A stretch of DNA of 56,390 nucleotides, taken from assembly GCA_013265495.1 (NCBI GenBank), contig MU057999.1, forward strand, positions 1,054,001-1,110,390, read 5' to 3'. A program made the position numbers and the translations under genes. The DNA comes from Vicugna vicugna (lineage: Eukaryota). This document shows, in pieces, positions 37,438-49,569 of the stretch. The notes beneath the pieces are model-generated. The model saw nothing but the letters and a program-made list of their open reading frames with translations. It was not told the DNA's origin and did no database searches. Each line of letters starts with the position of its first letter. Within the stretch, counting starts at the first letter, position 1.

Positions 37438-37502
37438 GAAACGGGCTTACAGCAAGGAAGCTGTGTACAGCGATAAACTCCAGCATTACAGCACAGGCCG
37501 AG
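37438..37502 (+). CDS. EPHB1: EPHB1 exon 9, juxtamembrane region
   Basis: Acceptor ccccttgtatccacag|, donor |gtgagt; 65 bp. Translates (R)KRAYSKEAVYSDKLQHYSTGR, with phases matching both neighbours. Confidence 0.96.
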
Positions 37503-40500
37503 GTGAGTAGAAAGCAGACACCCACTGCCTGAGCCCCAGAGAACCACTGAGTCAAGCGGCTAAGTGCTTGGGGCGCTCCTTAGAGCCAGACCGGCCGGTC
37601 CCAACTGCCAGCCCTCTTCCCGCCCCCAGTGCCCAGCTGCTGGGTCCCCAGGGCCCAAGGCTGCCCACCCTATCTGTGTCCGCCCTTCGTGGGTGCTCAG
37701 TGGATGCCAGGCAGGTAGATTATCTTCTGCACTGATAAGCCCGAGTGGGACACGGACTGCAGGGGAAAGATTGGGTTTAGCAAGTCAATGAATCCTGAAA
37801 TCAGACTCAGTGGGAAAAGATCGAGGGCTCTCTATTAACATCTTCTGCCTTATCTTATCCAACGGAGCGGCTGGGGAATGTGTGTTAACCAAATTCACAG
37901 ATAAGCCAGAGAACACGAATGTAGGGAATTAAAAAAGATAGTGGAGCCCAAGAGGCCAAAGTGGTGGGCTAGCTCCCAAGTGTTCTCTTTTGAGCAGTGC
38001 CTTTAAAAGTTCTTCTCACTCATTATCTACTCCTCTCTTCTTTTGAAAACGTATATATAATATTTTTAGAACTACGATTCCCCCCCACCCACGTGCGACG
38101 TAAAGTCCTGTGTCAGGATTATTCTTTTAGCTGTGTAATTACAACATGGCAGGATCTGAAAAGGTCCCGCTCGGTCAGCCGGGCCACCTCCTGCCTCCAG
38201 AAAGCAGAACGCTGAGCTCCTGACAGCAGACATGTTCTGTTTCCAAATAACTCCATGTGAATTCTGCAGACGCTCTCAGAAACCTGCCCCCGCCCTTGGT
38301 GCTGCACCCTCTCTGTCACAGGCTGCCTCCGTGAGCCACGTGTCACCTCCATCCTGCTGTGGCAGGACCAGCCCCCTCTTCCCGTTCACTGGGCGGTGAG
38401 CATGGAAACCTAAGCATGCCATCACCCGGCGGTTGTGGGAGCAGAAACGGGCTCCAAGACAAAAGTTCTCACCCGAGGTTACCTAAGGCGGGGAGTGATG
38501 CCCGACCTCTCACGGCAGCTTCACGGCCAAGGAGTCCGTGTTCTTGCCCGGCCAAGGCTGGTCGGGGCTGGGCTGCACCCTGGCCACTCTATAGATATGG
38601 CTTTGTTCCTCCAGGGATTTTCAGTCCAAGACCAAGAACCTGCCAAGGGTCTGTAGAGGACCAAGCCCCTGGCAGCTGCGCTGCTGTTCTGCGGTCATGG
38701 CTGGGAAGCCGCTGTGGGCTCGGCACCGGCTGAGGCACTGGGATTCTCCCAAGGTGGTCCAGGCAGCCCCCATAGTCAGCAGCACAAAGTGGAGGGGGGC
38801 GTTGGGAGAGCCGCCCCTTTCTAAGGCTACAGGCACAGCTCCTGCGACACTCAGAGTCCCATTTACCTCCCTTTCTCCCCTGACAGCAGGCCACTCTGGC
38901 CTCCGTTTGAAGCAGACCTCCCTGGTTTTAGAGGAAACACCTTAAACTGTTCTCTCTCTTTTCCTCTGTCCTGACTCTGCACCTCACTGCAAAATCTGCA
39001 GGTGTTTTTACTTACACTAACCTGTGCATTTGCCCTTCTAGGCAGGCCCTTAGCTTCCCCAGCTGGAAAACAGAGACTGGGATTTAGTTATGATTCTCAA
39101 GGGACGGTGCCCCCTGCAGGGTACATCAGAATGACCTGGAGGGCCTTCTCTGTTGCCCTGCGTCCCTGCTCTGGGCTGACCTCTGGCCATATTGAGAGTC
39201 ACTAGAAGTCTATTTCAGATTTGGTGTCCTCTGAACTCTTTGGATGAAACTCTTAAAGATGATCTTGTCTACCTGAAAGGAGAGGACACAAAATGGGGTT
39301 CAGAAGGAGGGATACCGTCTTAAAGACTAGAGGTGCCCAAAGGTAAGAATGGGGTGCCCTCGGAGGGAGCTCCCCTTTTCAAAGGCAGCCTTGTCATGAC
39401 CCCTTTGTTGGGGTACAGAGAGTCCCTGAGCATCAAGTCAGGGTGCAACTTGCTGCCTTTCGGGCCCCTTCAACCTGAGATCTGACCACTCTCCTGCTCT
39501 GGAAGGGCCGGCTTTGCTGGGCCACCACGCAGCACCCACATACATACTTCCAAAGCGCTCACAGCCCCCTTCTAGGGGACTGTCCTCTCTAAGGCCACCA
39601 GAAGGACGCTTCCCTGGTTCCCAGGGTCCACAGGGAAACCAACACTCAGTCTACAGTCGTAATGGCCTTGCTGCAACCAGTGAGGACATCTGATTACACA
39701 ATGTTGATAAGTTGTATGGTCTCCACCCCAGGGACTTGGGGACACAGAGTTCTTCATAGACCAGAGTTCACTCCCTCAGCTGCCTTAGAAGTCTGTCTTC
39801 TTTTTAATTCAGTTCTTTTATAATGCTCTTTCCTTCTATTCACATCTGTGCTCTTTTCCTCCGGTCCCTGAAACCCTGGCTCCTCTTTGCATCCAGGTTC
39901 TCTAAACTCATAGCCCTGTGCATTGAATCGCACTAGTACATCTTCTCCTGTGAACATCTGTCCCTCTGACTAAAGCTATTATTGTTGGAGAATCGCAGTC
40001 AAAGGACATGGCACACGTATAGCAAAAGAGGAAACCCAAGGCTCTGATGGAAGATGGGCCTGGCCCGAGACTGGGGAGGGTAGGAACTTTATTCTGGTAG
40101 CTTATCTCAACTCCTCCAGTCCTGACACACCCTCTAGGGGGTGGGCATTGATCTTGGGAGGTGAAATGACTATGCCAGATCTCGTGGCTCATGGGTAGCA
40201 GAGGTGGACTGCACCCTCTCTACACCTGCCTGCAGAGCCCAGGGCCTTTCCCTATCACAGAGGCCCATGCCCGAAGGCCAGAAGCAAGTCAAAAATGGGC
40301 TGAGGACTAACCCCAGGAGTTCCGGTTGGTGGTTTGTTGGTCCCCCTCTGGGTCACAGTGCAGGAGGCAGAAAGGCAGATAATGCCGGATCTGAATATGT
40401 GCGTATAAGCATTTCTGGGCCATTCACAGGCATGCTCCTCACTGTGGGATGTGGGCAGTAACCTGGAGAACCAAGCACTTCCTGCCCTGGGAGTAACAGA

Positions 40501-41229
40501 GAAGCTGCAGCAGCTCCCCAGCCTCACTTATCAGTATCCAAGGGGCCCCTGACTCTCTTCCCCGTAGGCAGGGCTCTCAGGGCACTTTACAGAGGTTGGC
40601 AACCCCTGCCCTCCCAGACCCGCCTTTTAAGCTGATGCAAAGGCTGAAGGAGACATAACAGAAATGTTGGTAAACAGAATACTTTCTCTAGCCCATCGAG
40701 ACTCGGCAGATCGTGTCAGTTTGAGAATACCAAGGGCCCTCTAGGGCACTGGCTTACATCCCCCCTCTGCACCTGGAGCACAGAGAACAGACTTGTAAAG
40801 GGGGACTTGGATTTGGGTGACAGAGACTGGAGGGAAGGCTGTCTGGGAAGAGATACTGTGTGCACATGGTGCTGGATGCTGGGATGAAGCGCCTGGGAGT
40901 CTGTTGTCCATGTTCATGGGAGGGTGGGTTGGGGGCGGGGGTTTCCCGGGCCCTGGAAGAGGTAGACAGACGGTGTGTTCTCATGGGTTCCACGGACCAG
41001 TTTTCAGAAGGGGCTGGCTGACTAAAAATTGCCTGGATGGGATGATCCAGGTGGCTGAGGGTAGGCTGGGGAATCTATCTTTAGTAAAGTTCCAGTTGAT
41101 TCTCCATTTGGGAAATGTTACCAGGTACTTATAGGGCTTGGATAACTACGCCCTTGATGGTGGTGGACACTGCACTGATTTCTGAGATGGATGTAGTAGG
41201 CAGGGGCGGGGAGAGAAGAAGGTAAGGGC

Positions 41230-42850
41230 TTGGTGAGGGGCCAAGGGCTTTCAGAAAGTAACCCTAACAGCATCATCTCCATGTCACAGGCAACTGCAGA
41301 TATAATCACAGAGTCACTTTTGTTAAACTTTGAGAAAAGCAGAAACAAATGGGCTATGTCTCCGAAGACCCTAAGACTGGCAAACACTCTAATTTTCACA
41401 CAGGACAAGAGGACAGGACACAGGGACCACAGAACGGGAGTATGAGCTTGGTCCCGGCCAAAAGCTTGAGGAGATGGAGGCAGATGGATTCTGGGCATTT
41501 AAAACTGAATTCAGTGATCCCTGAGAATGAACATAGGATTATTAAAAAAAGTTCTGGGGACCTCATCTCGTTTCCTAGGGTTATGAATTTAGGAAATTAG
41601 CCAGGAATTGTGTATGTAGTGCATTTTTGTTTTGGCAAAACTATTTGATGCTCTCCTATGGGAGAGCATTGTGCAGTGGGTACAGAGCTTGCCTGCACAG
41701 CCGCAGAAGGTGGGTTAGTGACTCTGTCAGCCAGGAAGGAGGTCCCCCGTTTTATTTCAATCCTTGTCCAATTCAATCTCTTGTTTGTTTGATTGTTTTT
41801 TAAATTCATGAGTCAGGTGCAAGCCGAGGAATGCTTATCGAGTTTGGAGGTAACAGTTGGGTAGCAGAAGTAACACCACAGAAGACAGAATCGAAATTCA
41901 GAGCGATACCACAGCCTTGAATGCTAATTTGAAATCTGCGAGACAAAATGTTAGAGGGATAAATCTGGAATCTAGTGTTGAGGTTCAAACAAGAATAAAG
42001 CAGAATGAAAAGTTGGAGACCTGACTTGCTATCTTTGTTGGAAAGAGTTTAGGTATTTACATTAGGTATCACATACTTAATAAGAGTGTATAAATAGCTG
42101 ATTAAAAAGCTATGCACTCTTACTGATGTAGAATAATACTACTAAAATCCTCCAGTTTTGAGCAGTTACTATGTTAAGCACAGTCACTTTAAGGTAACTA
42201 ATTTAATCCCCATAACTGTCCAATGAAGTAGATTTTGCGTGTGAGGAAACAGAGACTCGAAGAGGCCGAGTAACCTGTTCAGTCTTGGAATTAGTGATTT
42301 GCAAAAATCAAAGTCTTAAATTCAGGCCTGTCTGCCTTTGTGGTCGCAATGAAAGTTTGGATCAGAGGAGGTAATACACAGACGTGCTGTCCTCTGTGGT
42401 GGTAAGAACACGTCTAGAGGGATGTTCTTGGCTCTTGGGGTCCCCACGTCAAGAAGGACTTTGTCAGCAAGGCAGCCTGCCCGCAGAGGGTGCCAAGTCC
42501 TGACCTGCTACCGCAGAGATACCAGCCAGTTTGGTGCCAGAGAAATGCAGGCAGGGACCTGGGGGTCACAATTAGGCGTGACACCATCATGCAGTTGCTG
42601 CGTTTGTGAGGTTAAACGGAACTGTCAGTGAAAGATCAAAGGAGGCAGACTTTGATTCAGTGAGAGAACACTGCCCCCCAAGACTGGAACTGTCAACACA
42701 GAGTCAGGCTGCTTGTGGGGAGGGAGGGAGTTAAGCCCTCTGCTCTTGCAGAGACAGCTGTCAGTGAAGGATGCTATACAGAGGATTCCTGCTTTAGGGA
42801 GGAGATTGGACTTGACGCGACCCAGAAACACATCTGGGTCTGAGATTCCA
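41230..42850 (+). mobile_element. L3/CR1 relic (RT region to 3' end), interrupted by a MIR
   Basis: ORF 41230-41445 ADIITESLLLNFEKS...LRLANTLIFTQDK...DHR aligns by eye to CR1 ADVIAEPLSIIFEKS...WRRANVVPIFKKGK...NYR; downstream gtttggagg...agaagacagaatc...gggataaat and an L3-type tail. Confidence 0.7.
42130..42340 (-). mobile_element. MIR inserted in L3
   Basis: ttgagcagttactatg...atttaatccccataac...gaggaaacagagactcgaagagg...gtaacctg. Confidence 0.7.
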
Positions 42851-43679
42851 CACCCGGCTTTCTTGACTCTGTGTAGTAGGGATGTTTTTGAACTGCAGAG
42901 GACACAGCATCCTGTCCATTGGCAATCACCTTGGACACCAGGGTGAAGGACAGGTGTGCCGGGAGGAGGGGGACAGACCGGGGAAATTTTGGCTGCTTCT
43001 CCTGGAGGTAACAGCAGCGTTAGTCACTGAGCAGGAATAAATGAGGGCCTGTGGGAAGAGGAGGAGAGGCCCCCAGGTGCCAAAGGTGGCTGAGTGTTCA
43101 GTGGGTGCTTATTAAATGTCAAATAAATTCAATGAGCTAGATTCACCCGTGTGTCGGCTGCTGGCTCCAAGCCAGAGCCTCTAAAAACTAGGTTAACTCT
43201 GTGAGTCCCCAGCTCCTTCACTGTTCCTGGCAGGGTGCCAGTTGCCCAGAAACAGTGGGCCTTGACTGGAAGGACCTGCCTGTTCTGGTCAGTTGATATC
43301 CAAGAAGCAGGGAGATATTAAACTTCTTTTCCTGAAATATCTTCCTCTATAGCAAGGAGCCTGTGGCCCACTTGCCTTCTTCTGGAGACACGTGGTAGAC
43401 AGTAGCTGTGGTTTTAAGAACAAATTTTAAAGTGTGGTGAGAACCCCAGACAGAAGGTGGAGGAACAGTCTTTTTCCTCCTCCCTGGGGCTCCCCCTCTT
43501 GGCTTCATCCTCTATCCCTGGCTGAGCACCCAGCACCTCCAGTTTTTCATAGAAAAAGGCAACCACCCATTGCTCCGGACTTGGCCCTAAGAAGCAGGCA
43601 GAGCAAACATTTTAGAGCCTTTCCTGTAGCTTTAAGGAACTGAGTCTTTAGCCCTTCACATCCACAGCTTCAACTCCCA

Positions 43680-44580
43680 TTCATGTGTCTTCCACATCCA
43701 CATCTCCAGATCCAGTCTTTCAGCTCTGTTTCCATGCTGAGTTTCCGGACTGGCTTCTAGGCACTTGCACATTTCACCTGTGCATTCAAAATTTAACACC
43801 ATGTGTGCAAACTTCCCCGACAATAGGGTTTCCTTCCCAAAGTCCATTACCTGGTTCATAGGAGCAGGATTCTGGAAGCCTTGGCATCGATTTGGATTCT
43901 TCTGGTCCCTCCTTAATTCCTCATCTTTAATTGCTCACCACGTGCTGTCAGTTCTTCCTTTGAAATTTCTCTTGCCTCTTTTGCTGTTGTCACTGTGGTG
44001 CTCTGGTTGCAAACTGTGCACCTTCATTGCTGCGGCTACCCCAGAGCTGTTTTCTCAGCCCCCAGCCCCTTCCCCACAGCAGTGCGTGTGAATGCTGCAG
44101 GCTGCCAGTGAAATGAACTCCCCGATGCCTTCCTCTCAGTACATCCCTTCCCCGCTGCTGGAACACTTGTCAGCTCTGTGTGTCCGATGGCATCAATCCC
44201 AATGCCGTTGTTTGAGGGTCAGGTCCCTCCCATGCTAGCAAATCAGCACTGGTCCACCTCAGACGCTGCTGCTTTCCACATTCAAGCTGGCCACACTCTC
44301 TTCACTCATGCAAGGGCAGGTGTCTCTCTGAGCTTCAGCCTTCTCCCTCTCCGATGAAGGACCACATCACTTGTCCTTCTAGGACTCTGACCTTGAAGAC
44401 TGGCGTCCATTGTCTTCCACCTTCCCTGGTTTCTGCAGCATTTACAGCTTGTTTCCATATGTGGGATCCTCATTCCAAACTCTCCGGCCCTGCTCTCCAG
44501 TTATTCCGTGTCTCAGAGAATTCCATGAGGATTGTCTTCTTCGTAGCTGCCACAGCCCCTAGCACGGTGCTAGTCGGGTG
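43680..44580 (+). mobile_element. Decayed L2 fragment(s)
   Basis: catctccagatccag...cattcaaaatttaaca...tcagttcttcctttgaaat...cccctagcacggtgct. Confidence 0.45.
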
Positions 44581-47129
44581 TCTCGTCCACTTTGAGAAAA
44601 TGAGGGGCAACAACGTCCTGAGGCAGGAGACTGGATGAGGTCCCTCCCGGGGACCGGAATTGAGGTGCCGATCTCTGAACAGCTTCTCTCTTGTGCTTAG
44701 ATATCTGGACCAAATTTAGGTGAGTCACAGATATGACAAAGTCTGCCTTGAGTCCAGAATGGGGAATGAGGAGGCAGACTCCCCACTTCCCGTGGCTCCC
44801 TCAAACCTCCCAGGACACCAGATACCAACAGCTGGAAACAAGCTAATGCACTAGCTCCGGGACCTGGCTGTGGGGTCCAGGGATGGGGAGCGCCGGGCTC
44901 CTCCGGGCGCCCCTGAAGCCTCCCTCACAGGCAGTTGTGTGCTCCATGGACCCACAAGATGTCCTTGGAACTGATTTTGTACTTTTTCAATTTGCGAGAG
45001 GGCTGAATGGCAGCCTTCCATCTTCTCCTTCGTTTTTCATACCCAAATGTCACCTACTGTTCAGGACTGTCCCTTTCCTGGCCCGTACTATTCTGCCCTG
45101 AGAGCCTGGCACTTGTAAACATCCCTAGCTGACTTTTTAGATGCACCCTAATGATTTCCAGCAGTGAGAATTTGTCCCAGTCTCTTCCCTTTTGGGAGCA
45201 CCCTGACCTACTTACTGATGTAAGGTCTCTGACAACGGCCAGGAGTTTCTTCTGCTTCAAGGACTGCTGCATGCCAAGCAAGAAGGCTCTGGGTGGTAGC
45301 CAAGTCATTTCTCCCCAAACCTAATATATTTAAAGGCTTGGTCCATGTTTAAGATTTTGCAGGTCTCCTGGGATGATGGTCCTTTAAAGCTTCAGCAATT
45401 CAGATTGTGACTCTCGCTATGGCATAAATGAGTTTTGAGATCAAAGAACAAACGTGTCGGCAAATCAGATCTTCAATAGAAATTAGTAAACTAGACGATC
45501 GTAAAATTGAAGATTTTTTCTCTCTCTCTCGGCACCATCAGTCAGTTTACTATTTTTGTGCCAAAGGTATGTAACCCATGTTAAAAATAATGAAAATAAC
45601 CAGGAACTATAAAACATTATAAATATAGATTATTAAGACTAATAATAATAGGAAGCATTGTGCAGAGCATTATAAAAAGTCTCACATTGTAGAGCTGTAT
45701 TACATCTGATATTATTGTAACGGCCATTAATATTATTTCCCCAACACTCAACAATCTGAGAACATTTTCTGAGCCCTGTCTCCAAATGTTTGGCTGTGCC
45801 TGACTCCGCAGCTGACTCGAATTCCTTGTTCACTGTCTGGTGATTCATTGCACTAAATACCATTTCCCTGATAATTAAAAACTGCTCACTGGCAAGTGGG
45901 AGCAGGAACAGGCTGATGCAGGATTTATGCAGAAACACAAAATGAGCCAAAAGACAAATGACCTGTTCTGCCTAGCTAAAGGCATTTTTTTTCTTTTTTT
46001 TTTTTTCTCATCATCTTCTGGGACTTGGAAAAGGCTAGCTGTGATGAGGGAGACAGGTCTGGAGAGAGGCGTCATCCCGAGATGAGGTGGATGCGGGGGA
46101 GCCATTAGTGCACGTGCTCCTCAATTTCAGGGAAAACAAGTCCGATTTCTTACGCCTGCACAGATGCAGGACATTTGAAACTGGCATTGCATCAGCACGC
46201 CGAGGCTCCGTGGCCCTCCCTGGCTTCTTGTGGAAGGCTTTGGCAGTGACCAAAGCCCCTGGCCCAGAGAAGCCATTGAGATATCATATGTGCACAAACA
46301 CACACTCTCACATGCACATATGTGCACACACACACACTCCTTAATTCCACAAGCCGGCGAGGTAGCACGTCTGTGAATAAACTGCACAGTCATCAGAGCG
46401 TGAACTTTCTCCCACGTAGGTGTGCCTGCTTGCACGCCACTGGCCTAAATGAATCCTGGCACTGTCAAGAGATGGGCCTTTCTCTTCTGGGAATAGCTCC
46501 TTCCCAGAACTGATTGGGCCAATATCTGTGGAGCTCATTAACTCGGAATCCTTTCTCATTCATCCTTACGTATGTCTTCACTTGCAAACCATTCATTACA
46601 GCACATTCCAGATTGTTTAATTAGTTTCCATGGAAGAGGTCCTGTAGGGCAGCTTAGCATACATCGTTTAAAAGCTCTTGATCCAAAATAACAAGGTGGT
46701 TATTTTTAAAGTAACTAATATGACCTTAAGAGGCTTACATCCCCCACTGCCCACCCCTCTATCTTCCTCTTCCTAGCTCCCTAGACACTTCCTAGAACAA
46801 CTTGCAGATAACAGTCATGAGCATATATCAGTCTGTGATCCCTCCTTGTGCATCAGGCACTGTGTTAGTGTGTCACTTGCAATATGGTCTTTAATATTGC
46901 AACTGTCCCTGGAGGAAGGTGTTCTCTCCTCCGTTGGCAGAAGAGAAAATCATTAGAAGAGATGTATGTGGTCTTGCTGCAGAATGCCAGGCTGCAAGGA
47001 GGCTTTGGGGTTCTGACCTCACCTCTGGATCCCAGCCTCTGGGCTCTCAACCTCCTCTCATCTCAGCCCAGAACTGGGAGAAAGTCACAGGTTGTTGGCA
47101 CTGACCTGCTGCCCTGTTGAGTGGGTCTG

Positions 47130-47570
47130 CCGTGGCCTCATCTCTTGCCCTCAGCTGTGCATCGTACACTGGCTGACTTCCATCTGCCACATCTGCATTT
47201 CTTCACCTAAGCACACTCTCTCGCCTTCCAGCCTCCCTGCCCACCTGCACAGCCGGCCAAGCAGCTCCCAGCCAATGACTGATGGGAGTTGTTGGTAACA
47301 CTATAGCTCCCTCCACCTGGGGTGGGCAACTCTGAAGCATGTGGTACCCGCACAGCTTTCAGAGCTTTGGAGGGGGCGGGGCTTAAGCCTGCATCAGTTA
47401 CCTGTGTCAGTTACCCACAGTGTAAGTGCCATGAGAGCACACCTTTGATAGGCTGCCTTCTATTCCCCACCTTCCTTCCCCACTCACCTGCAAGTACTTC
47501 TTGGGACCACCTCCCAGATAAGCCACTTGCTTTCAAAACCTTGTCTCAAGTTGTTGAGACCCCAAAGACA
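47130..47570 (+). mobile_element. LTR33-like ERVL LTR
   Basis: cagccaatgactgatggg...ggcaactctgaagc...tgggaccacctcccagataagccacttgc...ccttgtctca...aagaca. Confidence 0.6.
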
Positions 47571-49332
47571 ACTGCCGGAGATGCTGGTCTGCATTGTTAG
47601 GCTTTCCATCTGTTCCAGTCCCTCCTGCTCTTCACTCGATCTCCACACCACATGAGAGAGATGAACCCCCATCTCTGTGTTCTTTCCCTTGTGCCCAATG
47701 AAATTAAAGTAAAATCTCCTCTTTCTCTCTTCATCCATTCATCCTCCAGGGATTAGAACATTCTCTTAAAAAGTTGAGGATGTGGTTTGTCCAAATTTCA
47801 ATCAGCAGATTCCAGAGTCAACACGGTCAACTCCAAGTTTCCAACGAGCATTCTAGGATGATGCAGACCACCCTAAAGCAAGCTGCCTAGTACAGCACGA
47901 GTGATTTTATTTCATGACTGGGAATAACCCAACTTTCAGAAAAAGCAATTCCCCTGGGCAAGGCATTTGGCTCTCGTTGGCTTTAAAAACATACCCTCTT
48001 TAGTTCTTTACTGCATCTTCCTTCTCTCTCTGGATTGTATTCCGGACAGAACTGGTGACCAGGGCAATATTAATTTGGGGAAGCTGTAGAGTCATCAGAA
48101 GTTTTGGGGATGAACGATGTCAAAACTGGACCGACCATGTGCTCAGGGCCGGGAGACACTGAGAAGAAGCAACGGTGGGACGTGTGCACTGAGAGGGTGG
48201 AGCTCGGGGAATCTCAGGTCCAGCCTCAGCCTGGTCCCCAGCTTCAAGTACAGCGCTCGTGCTGTCTCAGACCCGCCTGCCCTGCTGACCCGCCTCTTCC
48301 ACGAACCAGACAGCAACTGCGGGCAGAGAAAACGGCTACTCTCCCCAAGGATGTGATGCTAGACTGTGCTGTTTAGCTTTCGAAGCCCACCTCCCACCAC
48401 ACTACTGCCAGGCAAACAATCTCCATACTTGCCTAACGACACATCCAACGTGGTGAAAAATGATACTGCGATGAATCCATTTATTTCTTGGGTTCCATTT
48501 CCTTCTTTTGTCCCCTCTCCACTTTTTGAATGCTTTTTTTTCCTGCAGTGACAATTCTCTGTTTTGTCCTCATGCAGACCTATTTATCTTGCCCCTGTAA
48601 ACATCAGTGACAAAGTCCATATTCCTTTATGTATTTCTCATTTACCATCTTATTCACTTTTCATACTTCAGTGTGTTTGAAGGCATGGGGGTTCAATAAC
48701 CATTTTTCTTTCATCCCACCTCATTTTTTTTTTCTGTAGACTTTCCTCTTTTATCTTTCTCAGTGTTTCTATACTCTTCCACGTTTCCTCTTCCAGTATC
48801 CTGGCTTGGCACTCCTATCTTGAGGTTTTTCTAATAGCAATTTCTTTTTTTTTTCTTTTTTTAAATCCATTCTCATCCTTCTTCCAGCCCTGGACACAGC
48901 CGTCAGTTATAACCTTAACGGTGGCCTCCACTCAGGAAAGTTGTCAAGTTGATAAATATTGACATCTACCCTACCATTTTACCACCACTTTTCTGCTAAT
49001 GCATTTGGTTGGTATCAATCAGCTTCTTTGCCTTCTGTGAGTGCCCGGTGTGGGAACTGGTCCCGATCTGTCACTTATAAGTAATCTGCTCCACATTTCA
49101 TCAAGAGCTCAAACACAGAAGGAAATATGGAGGAGAAGTAGAGGACAGAGAACCAAGCTAGTGTGGCCCAGAGGGAAGGGAGATGGAGTGGTCCAGCAAG
49201 GAAAAGAGAGGCAGCTTGATGTGCAGGAGAGACGTCCCCTCAAACCATACCCTTCTCCTGGGGACATCAGCCAGTGCTTAATGACCACCGTGTCCTCTTT
49301 GGGATGTTAACCCTGCTTATCTCCTCCAATAA

Positions 49333-49569
<237 letters not shown>

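Noticed and set aside
36722..37555. 277-aa antisense ORF and 181-aa sense ORF over exon 9
   Set aside because: Ala/Gly/Ser/Pro/Arg-rich with non-ATG starts and no homology I can recognise; explained by GC richness. The real exon 9 uses a different frame.
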